A DNA stretch of 64,000 nucleotides from Promethearchaeota archaeon (GCA_016840165.1 JAEOSU010000076.1:1-64000), one strand, 5' to 3'. Numbered from the stretch's first letter, positions 17,899 through 28,240 are shown. Translations and numbers: made by a program. The notes: generated by a model from the sequence alone, not told the origin.

Positions 17899-18052
17899 TT
17901 ATCAAGAGATATCATCTTTATTGGATAAAGAGCCGTATTTATAGGCTTTAATCATAAAGAATTAAAGAGTTTTTTTAAGCCAATATGCTAGCTATATTTT
18001 TAAAGAACAAATTTGGATTAATAAATTAAAAAAATAAATAAAAAATAATTAT

Positions 18053-19321
18053 TTAAGTACCTTCTTCATATCCATGGATATAATTATATTGTTCTTCAGT
18101 TAACTCGTCAATTTCGATACCCATAGATTTCAACTTTAAATAGCCTACTTGATCATCGATATCCACAGGGATTTCCATTATACCAGGTTTAAATTGGGTC
18201 CTATTCTTAACTATATATTCCGACATGAGAGATTGTAAAGCAAAGGACATATCCATAACTTCACTTGGATGACCTTCAGAAAGAACAAGATTAGCGAGTC
18301 GTCCTTTTGCGAGTAAATAGATTTTCTTCCCATCAGGAAAAATTAACTCCTCGACATTACTTCTTATAGGTTTAATCTCTTTTGCATATTCATAGAGTTG
18401 TTTAGTAGGAATTTCAATATCAAAATGCCCGAGATTACCCAGAATTGCTCCCTCCTTTAAAAGGTTAAATGCTTCTTCAGTAGGTGGGATAACATGTTTA
18501 CATCCTGTCGCAGTAAGTATAATATCGGCAATGGGTAGCGCTTCTTTAATCGGCATCACTTGATATCCAACAAACCGAGCTTGAAGTGCTTTTATAGGAT
18601 CCACTTCAGTAACTATTACATCTGCTCCAAGACCTTTTGCTCTTAAAGCCATTCCGGAGCTACAATGCCCATAGCCTCCAATTACTACTGTTTTTCCAGC
18701 AAAAAGGACATGCATCCCATAAATTGCGGATATCACACCTTGACCGGTTCCTAACTCATTATCAAATTGATTCTTACATTTCGCGTTATTTACAGGAAAC
18801 AAGGGAACTTTTAAAACACCCTTCTTGTCCATTGCTATAAATCTTTTTATTCCAGTAGTTGTTTCTTCTTGGCATCCAAATATTGTGCCATTAGCCAGTA
18901 GATCAGGATATTCTTGATGAGCAGTGACAATCATGTCTGCTCCATCATCAATTAAAATATTAGGTTTGGCATCTAAACATTGTCGAATACACCAATAAAA
19001 TTCATCATCAGTATTACCGTGCCAAGCAAAGACATTTATATCTTCTTCTACTAAAGCCGCAGAAACGTCATCTTGAGTTGATAATGGATTGCTTCCACAT
19101 AGATACACTTCAGCGCCACCTGCTTTTAAAGTTCGAGCGAGATTCCCTGTCTCTTTTGTTACATGGAGACATCCTGCGATTGTAATTCCTTGTAGAGGTT
19201 TTTCTTTAGCAAATCTGTCCCGAATTACCTTTGCGGTGACTGGCATTTTATTTTCTGCTATATATAATGCCTCTCTACCTTTTTCTGCTAATGAAATATC
19301 AGCAACTTTATAATTTACCAT
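18053..19321 (-). CDS. ahcY: Adenosylhomocysteinase
   Basis: GCLHVTKET, SNPLSTQD, DDGAD, EETTTG and GHPSEVMDMSF. Confidence 0.97.
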   Translation of the reverse strand: MVNYKVADISLAEKGREALYIAENKMPVTAKVIRDRFAKEKPLQGITIAGCLHVTKETGNLARTLKAGGAEVYLCGSNPLSTQDDVSAALVEEDINVFAWHGNTDDEFYWCIRQCLDAKPNILIDDGADMIVTAHQEYPDLLANGTIFGCQEETTTGIKRFIAMDKKGVLKVPLFPVNNAKCKNQFDNELGTGQGVISAIYGMHVLFAGKTVVIGGYGHCSSGMALRAKGLGADVIVTEVDPIKALQARFVGYQVMPIKEALPIADIILTATGCKHVIPPTEEAFNLLKEGAILGNLGHFDIEIPTKQLYEYAKEIKPIRSNVEELIFPDGKKIYLLAKGRLANLVLSEGHPSEVMDMSFALQSLMSEYIVKNRTQFKPGIMEIPVDIDDQVGYLKLKSMGIEIDELTEEQYNYIHGYEEGT

Positions 19322-19455
19322 TTTTATATTCTCACATTTTTGTGAATATTAGGATTTTTAATTTTGAGTTAAATATAAATATTTTTCTGAAAATATGTAT
19401 ATCATAGCTTATCTTTTTTAAGCAATTTACCAGTAAAAATTTCCTCAAATAAATC

Positions 19456-20409
19456 ATGCCCCAAAATAAACTTATATCTCCGCCTAAAATAATAAAAAAG
19501 CTAGAAAATACTTCCAAAATAAAATTTTCAAAAGTAGCAGAAGATTTAGATATTACAAGAGTAACTCTCCAAAATAGAATGACTAATCTAAGAGAAAAAC
19601 AAATTATTTCTGATTTTACAATTACTATTAATCCAAATATTCGACCAAACTTAAAATACGTATTTATGGAAATAAAAACAAATCCGAAAGAACCATTTTT
19701 AGTAAATGAATTATTTGAAATACCTCAGTTGAAGATATTAGATGGGATTCTTGGGGAATTCTCTTTAATTGCGATGTTTATTTTCAAGGATTTAGGAGAT
19801 TTCAATAATTCACTTAGCAAAATCGATTCTGTAATGGCGTACTCTTATTTTAAGAAATATCAATTTATTGAAACAATTAAAATATACAAAATAAATAGCT
19901 TTCGATTAAATACGGTAAAATCAATTCTAAAGGATCTTGATGAAAACGATTTTCTTATTTTAAAAATTTTACAGGACAAGCAAACTTCAAAATTACTTTC
20001 TACCTATGAGATTAAAGAAATTTTTAAGAAAGATTATAAAATTACAATTTCTCAATCAACAATTCATAAAAGAATAAAAGATATGGAGCAGGAGGGAGTA
20101 ATTCTAAATTATTCCATTAGATTTAATCCAAAGTTGATTGGTTATAAGGGAAAGTTTTATGTGAGAATAAAACCAAAAAATCCTGCAAAGTATGATACAA
20201 TCGCTGAAAACTTAGAAAATAGTGAATATATCACGGATCTATTCAGAATTGGAGAACAATATGGATTACTAGCTATAGTTAGAGTGAAAGAAATAGACGA
20301 TTATGGAACATTTATAAAAAATATTTATGACACTGAAGATATAGAAGACACATTCACAAATTTCGCCTTAGATGAGCTTAAACCATTTACTAACTTCACC
20401 CTTTTTTAA
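19456..20409 (+). CDS. Tandem (two-module) Lrp/AsnC-family regulator
   Basis: Two HTH+RAM repeats; divergent from ahcY. Confidence 0.85.
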   Translation: MPQNKLISPPKIIKKLENTSKIKFSKVAEDLDITRVTLQNRMTNLREKQIISDFTITINPNIRPNLKYVFMEIKTNPKEPFLVNELFEIPQLKILDGILGEFSLIAMFIFKDLGDFNNSLSKIDSVMAYSYFKKYQFIETIKIYKINSFRLNTVKSILKDLDENDFLILKILQDKQTSKLLSTYEIKEIFKKDYKITISQSTIHKRIKDMEQEGVILNYSIRFNPKLIGYKGKFYVRIKPKNPAKYDTIAENLENSEYITDLFRIGEQYGLLAIVRVKEIDDYGTFIKNIYDTEDIEDTFTNFALDELKPFTNFTLF

Positions 20410-20475
20410 TTCTGAGTGAAAAAATGACATTACATGAATTTATTTAATATTGAATAATTTCTTCATTTGTAGAGA

Positions 20476-22557
20476 ATGGACTTATTTTTTGATCTCAAAA
20501 GGAAAAAAATTGGATATTCCCGGATTGGGCGAATACATCTATCATCTAAGATTAAAACCTATTTTAAAACCCCCAACTTAGTCATTCCGATGACAAATAC
20601 CTTAATTAGCAATATGAATTTCTTAGAATATTTCGAAACTCATGAGGTCTTTTTTATTACTAAACAGATCTTCTTAAAAATTGGATTTCTACGCGACAAA
20701 TTCAAAAATACAAGCTTTATATATTCCCATAACGGTACGATCGCAAAGTTTAAACAAATTCTAAATAAAAATCCAAATATTTTTACCCAAGATAATGTAA
20801 TCTCGATTATTCCTTTTAATGTACCGACCACATCAATCGAAAAAGATTTTGCTACGCAAGAAATCGGAATTTATCTCAATCATGTGAAAAGTGTATTAGA
20901 GGCATACCCTAATAGCAATTTTGGATTTACTATCAGGATTTTTGATTATTCCGAGTTAATAGATTTGTATATTCCATTAATAAAAGCAAATAATAATATT
21001 AAAATATTAAATTTTGCTGATTTGTTTGATAGTTTTAAAAATTTTAGGGCAATTCTTAGAATTATTAATAATGTTAAGCTCGAACTCAACAATAATCTCG
21101 TTTTAATGGCTTCAGGCCGATTAATTCCTAAGTATTACCCATTCTTAATATATTTGGGATTTGATCTGATTGATAGTTCTTATATGATGTACCTTTCCGC
21201 AGAGAATTTTTATAATACAACTGAAGATTTATTACCTATATATAAACTTAAAGATTTACCTTGTCCGTGTATTGCATGTTCAGGAAAATTAAAAAATCTC
21301 TTACAGGATAAATATTCGCAAGAGAAGATATTACTACTTACACTCCACAATTTAATTTCGGCAAAAATATATATGAATAAAATTAAGCAATTTTTAGATA
21401 CTGAAGATTATAGGTCATTCTTAGAAAAGACAACTCATGATGATACTTTATTATATTCAAGTTTAAAGACATTAGATAAAGAGTTTTTTGAAAGTCTCAG
21501 ATTAGAGACTCCATTATTATCAACAAGCACACTAGTTAAATGTATTGGTCCAATTTCATATCATAGACCCGATTTTAAGGAGTTTAGAGACAGAGTTGTA
21601 AATAACTTCATACCAGAGCCATGGACGAAATTAATAATAATTTTACCGTGTTCTGCGAAAAAACCTTATTCTGAGTCTAAGTCGCATAAAAAATTTTATA
21701 AGGTTATAAGAAAATTTCCTGAATTTCCTGATTTTCAAGAATTTATTTTAACTTCTCCTTTAGGAGCAATTCCAAGGCAATTAGAAAACATATACCCTGT
21801 CAACTCTTATGATATTCCGGTTACAGGAGATTGGGATCAAGAGGAGATATATATTTCCGCAGAGATGTTAACCAGCTTATTAAAGAAATACGATAATGCA
21901 ATCCCAATAATCTGTCACTTAAAGGAAGGAGGATATTCCTCAATTATAGAAGAAGTAATCAAAAAAGTTGATCACAAGTTTTATTTTACTGAATCTGATG
22001 ATAATCTTACCTCTAAGAATGCTTTAAAATCATTAGAAGAGAAGATAGAAACTTTAAAAAATAGCAAAATTGATGTCTTAAATCCTTCAACTCTCCAGCC
22101 TCTTATTACCAATTCATGGACAAGAAAATTTATTAAAATTGCGGATTATCAGTACGGGGCAGACTCTGGTATGAAACTTTTTGCCAATGGAGTAAAAATG
22201 AGAAGAAATCGGGCTAAAACGAAAATTGAAATCATCGATCAAAAAAGTAATGAATCTATCGGGAAATTTGACTTGAATAAGGGTCAAATTGAATTGACAA
22301 TAGCTGGTGCTGAACAATTATTCCCGTATAGAAGTGATGGTAATTATCTCGTGTTTGATGGTGAAAAAGTTAAAGGAAGTAATCTATTTAGACCAGGAGT
22401 AATTGAATTTAGTCCTAATATATTACCCCAAAGTAACATTGCTATATTAGACAAAAATAAACAAAAAATCATAGCCGTTGGAAATGCAATTATTGGTTCG
22501 AATAATATTAGAAATATTAAAAAAGGATTAGTAGCTGAAATCTATGAGAAGCTCTAA
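20476..22557 (+). CDS. arcS: Archaeosine synthase ArcS (TGT-like, DUF5591, PUA)
   Basis: SRIGRI..KTP, CPCIAC Zn site, LPCSAKKPYSESKSH, TSPLGAIPRQLE, YDIPVTGDW and C-terminal PUA. Confidence 0.92.
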   Translation: MDLFFDLKRKKIGYSRIGRIHLSSKIKTYFKTPNLVIPMTNTLISNMNFLEYFETHEVFFITKQIFLKIGFLRDKFKNTSFIYSHNGTIAKFKQILNKNPNIFTQDNVISIIPFNVPTTSIEKDFATQEIGIYLNHVKSVLEAYPNSNFGFTIRIFDYSELIDLYIPLIKANNNIKILNFADLFDSFKNFRAILRIINNVKLELNNNLVLMASGRLIPKYYPFLIYLGFDLIDSSYMMYLSAENFYNTTEDLLPIYKLKDLPCPCIACSGKLKNLLQDKYSQEKILLLTLHNLISAKIYMNKIKQFLDTEDYRSFLEKTTHDDTLLYSSLKTLDKEFFESLRLETPLLSTSTLVKCIGPISYHRPDFKEFRDRVVNNFIPEPWTKLIIILPCSAKKPYSESKSHKKFYKVIRKFPEFPDFQEFILTSPLGAIPRQLENIYPVNSYDIPVTGDWDQEEIYISAEMLTSLLKKYDNAIPIICHLKEGGYSSIIEEVIKKVDHKFYFTESDDNLTSKNALKSLEEKIETLKNSKIDVLNPSTLQPLITNSWTRKFIKIADYQYGADSGMKLFANGVKMRRNRAKTKIEIIDQKSNESIGKFDLNKGQIELTIAGAEQLFPYRSDGNYLVFDGEKVKGSNLFRPGVIEFSPNILPQSNIAILDKNKQKIIAVGNAIIGSNNIRNIKKGLVAEIYEKL

Positions 22558-23635
22558 TGAGAATGATTCATTAATCGTGAAGATTAAACAAAATAGAAAG
22601 AAATTTATTCAAAATAGAACCAAATCGTCAAGCATAGTACTCGATAAACCCGTCAGTTTTTGGATCAAAGAGGACCGATTATTAAATAAGAAAGGTAAAG
22701 AATTTACAATAATATTACGAACCAGAGGTTGCAGTTGGGCTTTAGGAGATTCGGGGGGGTGTTCGATGTGTGGATATATAGGAGATTCGAACATTGATCC
22801 AGTCGATCCTGAGCAAATTCTCCATCAGTTTGAATATGCTATGAAAGCTAAAGAACATGAAATTATTTCATCCAAGGATGATTTTGTGCTTAAAATTTTT
22901 AACTCAGGCAGTTTTTTCGATGATGAGGAGATTCCAGAGAATATTAGAGCCAAAATATATGATAAGATTAAAAATTACGATAAAATTAAGGAAGTTGTTA
23001 TCGAATCTCGTGCTGAATATTTAACAGAATCTAAATTAGATGCTATACAGAATGCTTTGCAAGATAAATATGTGGAAGTAGCAATTGGTCTTGAAAGTGT
23101 TGATGATCATATTCGAAATAATTATATTAATAAAGGATTACTATACGATGATTTTTTAAAAGCAGTAGAGTTATGTAAAGAATTTAATTTAGGGATAAGA
23201 GTTTATTTACTTTTTAAACCACCATTTCTCAACGAACAAGCAGCTATTGATGACTGTATCAATTCGGTAAATACTTTAATCAATCTACACGTGAACACTA
23301 TCTCAATTAATCCAGTAAATATCCAAAAAGGATCATATGTAGAATATCTTTGGTACCAAAACCGATATCGACCACCCTGGTTTTATTCTCTTATCAAAGC
23401 TTTAAAAAAAATACTTTTAAGTAGAAGAGATGAAATTTCTACTCGTATTATTTCTGATCCGTCTGGAGCAGGCACAAAGCGAGGGATTCATAACTGCCTC
23501 AAGAGAGAATGTAATGAAAATATGCTATCCTTATTAAGAAACTTTGTTATCACTCAAAATGTTGAAGATTTATTAAAAGACGTTCCTAAATGTGATTGTA
23601 AATTAGAATATAAATTAAAAAAATTGTATATGTGA
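22544..23635 (+). CDS. raSEA: Archaeosine biosynthesis radical SAM enzyme RaSEA
   Basis: LRTRGCSW...GGCSMCGY, FNSGSFFD, KPPFL, YRPPW and RGIHNC; overlaps arcS. Confidence 0.92.
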   Translation: MRSSNENDSLIVKIKQNRKKFIQNRTKSSSIVLDKPVSFWIKEDRLLNKKGKEFTIILRTRGCSWALGDSGGCSMCGYIGDSNIDPVDPEQILHQFEYAMKAKEHEIISSKDDFVLKIFNSGSFFDDEEIPENIRAKIYDKIKNYDKIKEVVIESRAEYLTESKLDAIQNALQDKYVEVAIGLESVDDHIRNNYINKGLLYDDFLKAVELCKEFNLGIRVYLLFKPPFLNEQAAIDDCINSVNTLINLHVNTISINPVNIQKGSYVEYLWYQNRYRPPWFYSLIKALKKILLSRRDEISTRIISDPSGAGTKRGIHNCLKRECNENMLSLLRNFVITQNVEDLLKDVPKCDCKLEYKLKKLYM

Positions 23636-23902
23636 TCCATTGATAAAGAAACACTTGATATTTTTTTGGCTTTTATAAAGAATGTCTAAAATTTAACATC
23701 AAATTAACGAATATAATAAAAAATTCTTGAATAATATTCTAATCTGAGCATTTGGTTATCAAATTTTACACTAAGAAGAAAAATTTTGTCAATTCTTGCT
23801 CAATCGCATTCAAAAATGTAAAATACACATGGAAAAAAGTTATATTTAAATAGTAGGTTTCAATGTTCTATTTTAAATTTTAATAATTAGTTAGGGTAAA
23901 CC

Positions 23903-24151
23903 TTGAAAAACTGGGTCAAATTAAGCTTGTTCTACCTCGGGGACTCTAAAAAGAACCGTATTTTTAGAGCGAAAAGATGGAATAAAAATCTTGAAAAAGT
24001 AACTCATAAACCCATTTTTACCGAGGAATATGAAGAAATCGGTATAATAAAAGAGATTTTTGGTCCTATTAATTTACCATTTATTTCAGTTAAAGCTCAT
24101 CATAAGACCCAGATAAATTCTAATAGTAATTATTATGTAAAAATTCACTAA
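23903..24151 (+). CDS. gar1: Gar1/Naf1-family H/ACA RNP protein
   Basis: [19 protein letters not shown]; conserved position upstream of tfb. Confidence 0.82.
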   Translation: MKNWVKLSLFYLGDSKKNRIFRAKRWNKNLEKVTHKPIFTEEYEEIGIIKEIFGPINLPFISVKAHHKTQINSNSNYYVKIH

Positions 24152-24183
24152 GAATTATTGAATTCCCCGATAACCATTCTAAG

Positions 24184-25149
24184 GTGAAAAATATTTCAAG
24201 CTGGAATGATATAAAATTAATCCCACCCGAAAGAATAAAGAGTGAAAATAATATTTGTTCTGAATGTGGAAAAAATATTCTTTTCGATGAAAATAGAGGG
24301 TTATTGGTATGTGAAGAGTGTGGTTTGGTGCATTCAGAAAATCATATTGATCATGGCCCTGAATGGCGAGCTTTTGATGCGGATCAGAAGAAAAAACGAA
24401 CCCGAACAGGAGCCCCAATGACATATATGATCCATGATAAGGGCTTATCAACCATGATCGATTGGAAAAACAGAGATATTTTTGGTAAAGAGATTCCTGC
24501 AAAATTGCGAGGGCAGATCTATCGACTTCGTAAGTGGCAGAGTCGAATTAGAGTTTCCGATGCTACTGAACGTAATCTTACTTTTGCTTTGAGTGAATTA
24601 GATAGAATGGCCTCAAATTTAGATCTGCATAAAAATATTCGTGAATGCTCAGCAAAGATATATAGAGACGCAGTAGAAGCTCATTTAATCCGTGGTAGAA
24701 GTATTGAAGGAGTAGCTGCAGCAAGTCTATATGCTGCCTGTCGCATGTATAAAATTCCTCGTACTCTCAATGAAATTGCTGAAGTAGCAAGAGTAGATAA
24801 AAAAGAAATTGGTAGATCATTTCGATTCATTTCCAATGAATTAATGCTTAATCTAAATCCCACAAAAGCCTTAGATTTTCTTACACGATTTATTTCTGAG
24901 CTTGAATTATCTCCATATTGCCATAAAATGGCTAAAAAAGTAATTAAGATGGCTGAATTACGTGGCTTAACCTCGGGTAGAGGCCCCACGGGAGTGTGTG
25001 CAGCAGCAATTTATGCCGCTTCGATTTTAACAAAAGAGAGAAGAACTCAACGAAAAATTGCGAAAATTAGTCAAGTCACAGAAGTGACTGTGAGAAATAG
25101 ATTTTCTGAATTAATTGATAATTTGGATTTAGGGATAAAAAGTAAATAA
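24184..25149 (+). CDS. tfb: Transcription initiation factor IIB
   Basis: CSEC/CEEC Zn ribbon, GPEWRAF B-reader and two cyclin repeats. Confidence 0.97.
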   Translation: MKNISSWNDIKLIPPERIKSENNICSECGKNILFDENRGLLVCEECGLVHSENHIDHGPEWRAFDADQKKKRTRTGAPMTYMIHDKGLSTMIDWKNRDIFGKEIPAKLRGQIYRLRKWQSRIRVSDATERNLTFALSELDRMASNLDLHKNIRECSAKIYRDAVEAHLIRGRSIEGVAAASLYAACRMYKIPRTLNEIAEVARVDKKEIGRSFRFISNELMLNLNPTKALDFLTRFISELELSPYCHKMAKKVIKMAELRGLTSGRGPTGVCAAAIYAASILTKERRTQRKIAKISQVTEVTVRNRFSELIDNLDLGIKSK

Positions 25150-25318
25150 CCCAAATATTCTTTTTTTTTATTTAATACTTTTATAAATTCTCTTGCCAAA
25201 ACGATAATATTATCTACTAAGAATAAGAGCAGTAATAATATCTTCATATCACACCATTTAAAGATTGCATTTTTATTCATTTATTTTATCTATTATTCAA
25301 TTTGATAGGTTAAATCAT

Positions 25319-25669
25319 ATGAAGTCAGAAAGCCCAAGATTGATTAATCAGACGGACGTTAATTATTTTTTGCATCGTGTTAAAAAAAATTTTCCGAATT
25401 TTGTGGCGGGAGTGATTACAGATCGTAATGGATTTCCAATAGGATCTCATATCTCGAAACGACTTTGGGTTCATGAAAATACTTTAGCACTCTGGGCAAT
25501 TTCTAAAAATAAAGAGTTGGTGATAAGAGAACCCAATTTAGTCCAGTTGAAGTTTGATATTGATAAGAGGAAGAAATATAAACTTTATATATTAATTGAA
25601 AAATCAAAAAACCATAAAGCAAAACTGAAAGTACTAAAGCAGATGATTAAATCTCAAGAGTTATTCTAG
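25319..25669 (+). CDS. Divergent roadblock/LC7-like protein
   Basis: FVAGVITDRNGFPIGS motif. Start set at MKSE. Confidence 0.6.
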   Translation: MKSESPRLINQTDVNYFLHRVKKNFPNFVAGVITDRNGFPIGSHISKRLWVHENTLALWAISKNKELVIREPNLVQLKFDIDKRKKYKLYILIEKSKNHKAKLKVLKQMIKSQELF

Positions 25670-25813
25670 TGAGAATTGGGTAGTCTTTATGTAATATTTC
25701 AAATTATTAGGATAACCTTAAATTAATTAATGTGTCTCATTAAATTTTTATAGATAAAAGGTTATTTTTATACTATATTCGCTATTATTTGTTGAAGATT
25801 TTGAATATAATAT

Positions 25814-26314
25814 GTGGATTCATTGAGAAAATTGGTGAACCTATTGAGTTATTCTGAAGATGAGGCAAAATTAAAGGGAATTATTAAGGAGATTATCAAT
25901 AGCACCCCAGGGTTAAAAAACGTTATAATCATCGATGATACAGGTATCACCATTTTGAGTGAGTCAAAATTCAATTTTCCCTCGGATGATGATATTTCTG
26001 TAGAAAAGATCGGAGCTATTGGAGGTGCTGTATTTACTGCGGGTCAGGAACAAGGACACATTTTAGGGTATGGAAATATAAGTCTGCAAATCACCGAATA
26101 TGATAAGGGATTTTTGTTTTCATTAAAAATTGGAAAAGGAGTTCTATGTATTGCTACTGATACAAATATTCAGATTGGGTATATTCGAGCATTAATGAAA
26201 AGATGGGCACCAATAATCGCTAAAATCTTAAATAGTTATCTCCAAACAAATCAAGAAGATATAAACAAGGAACTAAAAGATTTATTTAGTTCCGATACTA
26301 TTGGCATGTATTGA
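25814..26314 (+). CDS. Roadblock/LC7 (MglB/LAMTOR-like) protein
   Basis: TPGLKNVIIIDDTGITI, EKIGAIGG, TEYDKG and NIQIGYIR fit the roadblock fold. Confidence 0.85.
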   Translation: MDSLRKLVNLLSYSEDEAKLKGIIKEIINSTPGLKNVIIIDDTGITILSESKFNFPSDDDISVEKIGAIGGAVFTAGQEQGHILGYGNISLQITEYDKGFLFSLKIGKGVLCIATDTNIQIGYIRALMKRWAPIIAKILNSYLQTNQEDINKELKDLFSSDTIGMY

Positions 26315-26325
26315 TGGAATTTAGA

Positions 26326-26641
26326 GGAAATTCAGCATATATTGTAGCCTAAAACACTAACTCCTTTTGTTCATTTTTTGGTTACACCATTAAAATCAAA
26401 AAAGTTCTCTCGTGTTAGGCAATAATTTCTATGCCTTTTTGGGAACATAATCATGTCTTCCATCTGGGTACTGACTCTGACTTCATCGCTTTGGTATTCA
26501 CCTTTGCTAAATCAAGAGCCCATTTGTCTGGAAATGTGTTGATTATTAAATTCTGGATGTAAGCATTATTTTGCACAATTACTCATCGATTTTCATAATT
26601 GTCCTCGAAAATGCTCTGGTTATTCCTTCATCATTTTCCCA
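26326..26641 (-). ncRNA. Putative composite box C/D - H/ACA guide RNA (three H/ACA hairpins)
   Basis: 5' GGAAA-ATGATGA (box C, 26634-26628) and 3' CTGA-ATTTCC (box D, 26335-26332) with a terminal stem. Three pocketed hairpins (26614-26563, 26534-26457, 26420-26347) are each followed by ACA. TATA-like element about 25 nt upstream. Confidence 0.8.
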
Positions 26642-26660
26642 GTATTATTATATAATATCT

Positions 26661-26676
26661 TATTAAAAATTTTTAC
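26661..26676 (-). promoter_or_regulatory. BRE/TATA-like promoter of the guide RNA
   Basis: Minus strand TAAAAATTTTTAATA about 20-30 nt upstream of the predicted RNA 5' end. Confidence 0.5.
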
Positions 26677-26892
26677 CATTTGGTAAAATATGCAATAAAT
26701 TTCTACAGAATTCGATAATGGGAAAAAATTAATATAAAAAAGAAAAGAAAAAAATAATTATTTTGTATTTAATCTAATTGAAATTACACTTAATATAGTT
26801 GCAGTTATAAATTAATTATATCTTCATCTGGAAATTAACACAAGTTTAGGTTAATCTAAATAAAATAGAGAAGGTTTTTTAGGGTCAATATA

Positions 26893-27492
26893 ATGAGTAT
26901 CGTATTTATTATCCAATCTAGCACAATAGAACTTAAAAACTATACTATTAAGGATATTCCTGGTTCTTCTGGCAGATTAGATGTTATTTCAAGAGCAATT
27001 TTAGCAGCACTCATGGGAGAGAATGGAATAGAGCAAAATGTTGAAATATGGGTATTTTTAGATAATTATGGTACTTTTATATTTAAATCAAATAATTTAG
27101 ATGAAAATACCTTTCCTAAAAATGAAATTTTACTCTCAGATTACTTTGTAAAGATTATTCTGAAAGGTAGTGATCCAAAATCTCTAGATAAAAATCCATT
27201 AAATATGGTTGAGCATGTACATCTAAATGTAATTGATGCAATCGAGAATTTTAAGGAATGTAATTACCAGATATTAATATTACATGAGGAGGGGGAAGAT
27301 TTTTATCCTTTGTTTACTAATCTTGATAAGCAAAGTAAATTGCTATTTATTATCGGAAATCAAATTGGTGAGATGTTAAATTCAGAAGATCTGATGCACT
27401 TTGACTTTAAAAGAATTAGTTTAGGAAAGCAAAAATATTTAGCATCCTCGGTTATTCGGTTATTAAAGCTGAATTTAAGGTTAATATTATGA
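26893..27492 (+). CDS. trmY: tRNA (pseudouridine54-N1)-methyltransferase
   Basis: DIPGSSGRLDVISR, PKNE, LHEEGED, FIIGNQIG and ISLGKQKYLASSVI. Confidence 0.9.
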   Translation: MSIVFIIQSSTIELKNYTIKDIPGSSGRLDVISRAILAALMGENGIEQNVEIWVFLDNYGTFIFKSNNLDENTFPKNEILLSDYFVKIILKGSDPKSLDKNPLNMVEHVHLNVIDAIENFKECNYQILILHEEGEDFYPLFTNLDKQSKLLFIIGNQIGEMLNSEDLMHFDFKRISLGKQKYLASSVIRLLKLNLRLIL

Positions 27493-27538
27493 AAAGTTTT
27501 TTATTACTAAACATTTTACCTTTATAATATCACTAGCG

Positions 27539-28240
27539 TTGAAATCTGCGATAACTTTGAGTGAAAAAGAAGAAATAAACGAGAAGAGAGAGAATCAGAG
27601 GAAATTTTTATTAAAATTTATCGACTTACCGGTCAATTATTTAATAAAACACAATGTTTCTCCTAATCTTCTTTCATTATTCGGTTTAATGTGTTCACTT
27701 ATACTTGCATTTTTAATTGCAATCAATGGATTACATTTTCCTATTTGGTTAGCTTGGATAGTCCCCTTTTTTCTATTCTGGGCAGGGGCATTTGATGTTT
27801 TTGATGGAGAAGTTGCGCGAAGAACTCATCAAATTTCAAAAGCGGGAGCATTTTTAGATTCAAACTTAGATAGGCTTTCTGACGCAGTTATAATTATTGG
27901 TTTAATTTTAGGCAATTATATTGATTATTATATAGGCTATTTGCTTTTATTTCTAATAATTATGATTTCTTATATACGAGCTAAAGCGGAAAAAGAAAAT
28001 ATAGAAATGAAAGGTGTAGGATTTATGGAGAGAGCTGAAAGATTGATAATATTATGGTTTGCATTTATTATTGAATTTTGGGTTTATTACTTATCAAATT
28101 TATTTTTTGGAATTAGTATAAACTTTTTTTTCCCCGCTTTTATCGTTCTCTATATTTTCTTGTTATTATTAACCATAATACAGAGAATAACTTTTTCTGT
28201 TAAATGTTTAAGGAAGATAGATACTCAAGAAAACAGTTAA
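27539..28240 (+). CDS. CDP-alcohol phosphatidyltransferase (archaetidylinositol-phosphate synthase-like)
   Basis: DVFDGEVAR...GAFLDSNLDRLSD, SYIRAKAE and GFMERAER. Confidence 0.9.
   Translation: MKSAITLSEKEEINEKRENQRKFLLKFIDLPVNYLIKHNVSPNLLSLFGLMCSLILAFLIAINGLHFPIWLAWIVPFFLFWAGAFDVFDGEVARRTHQISKAGAFLDSNLDRLSDAVIIIGLILGNYIDYYIGYLLLFLIIMISYIRAKAEKENIEMKGVGFMERAERLIILWFAFIIEFWVYYLSNLFFGISINFFFPAFIVLYIFLLLLTIIQRITFSVKCLRKIDTQENS

Noticed and set aside
26316-26626. RNase P RNA or SRP RNA on the + strand (GAGGAAATTC resembles GAGGAAAGTCC)
   Set aside because: No matching 3' P4 strand and no SRP helix-8 motif; the minus strand explains the structure much better.
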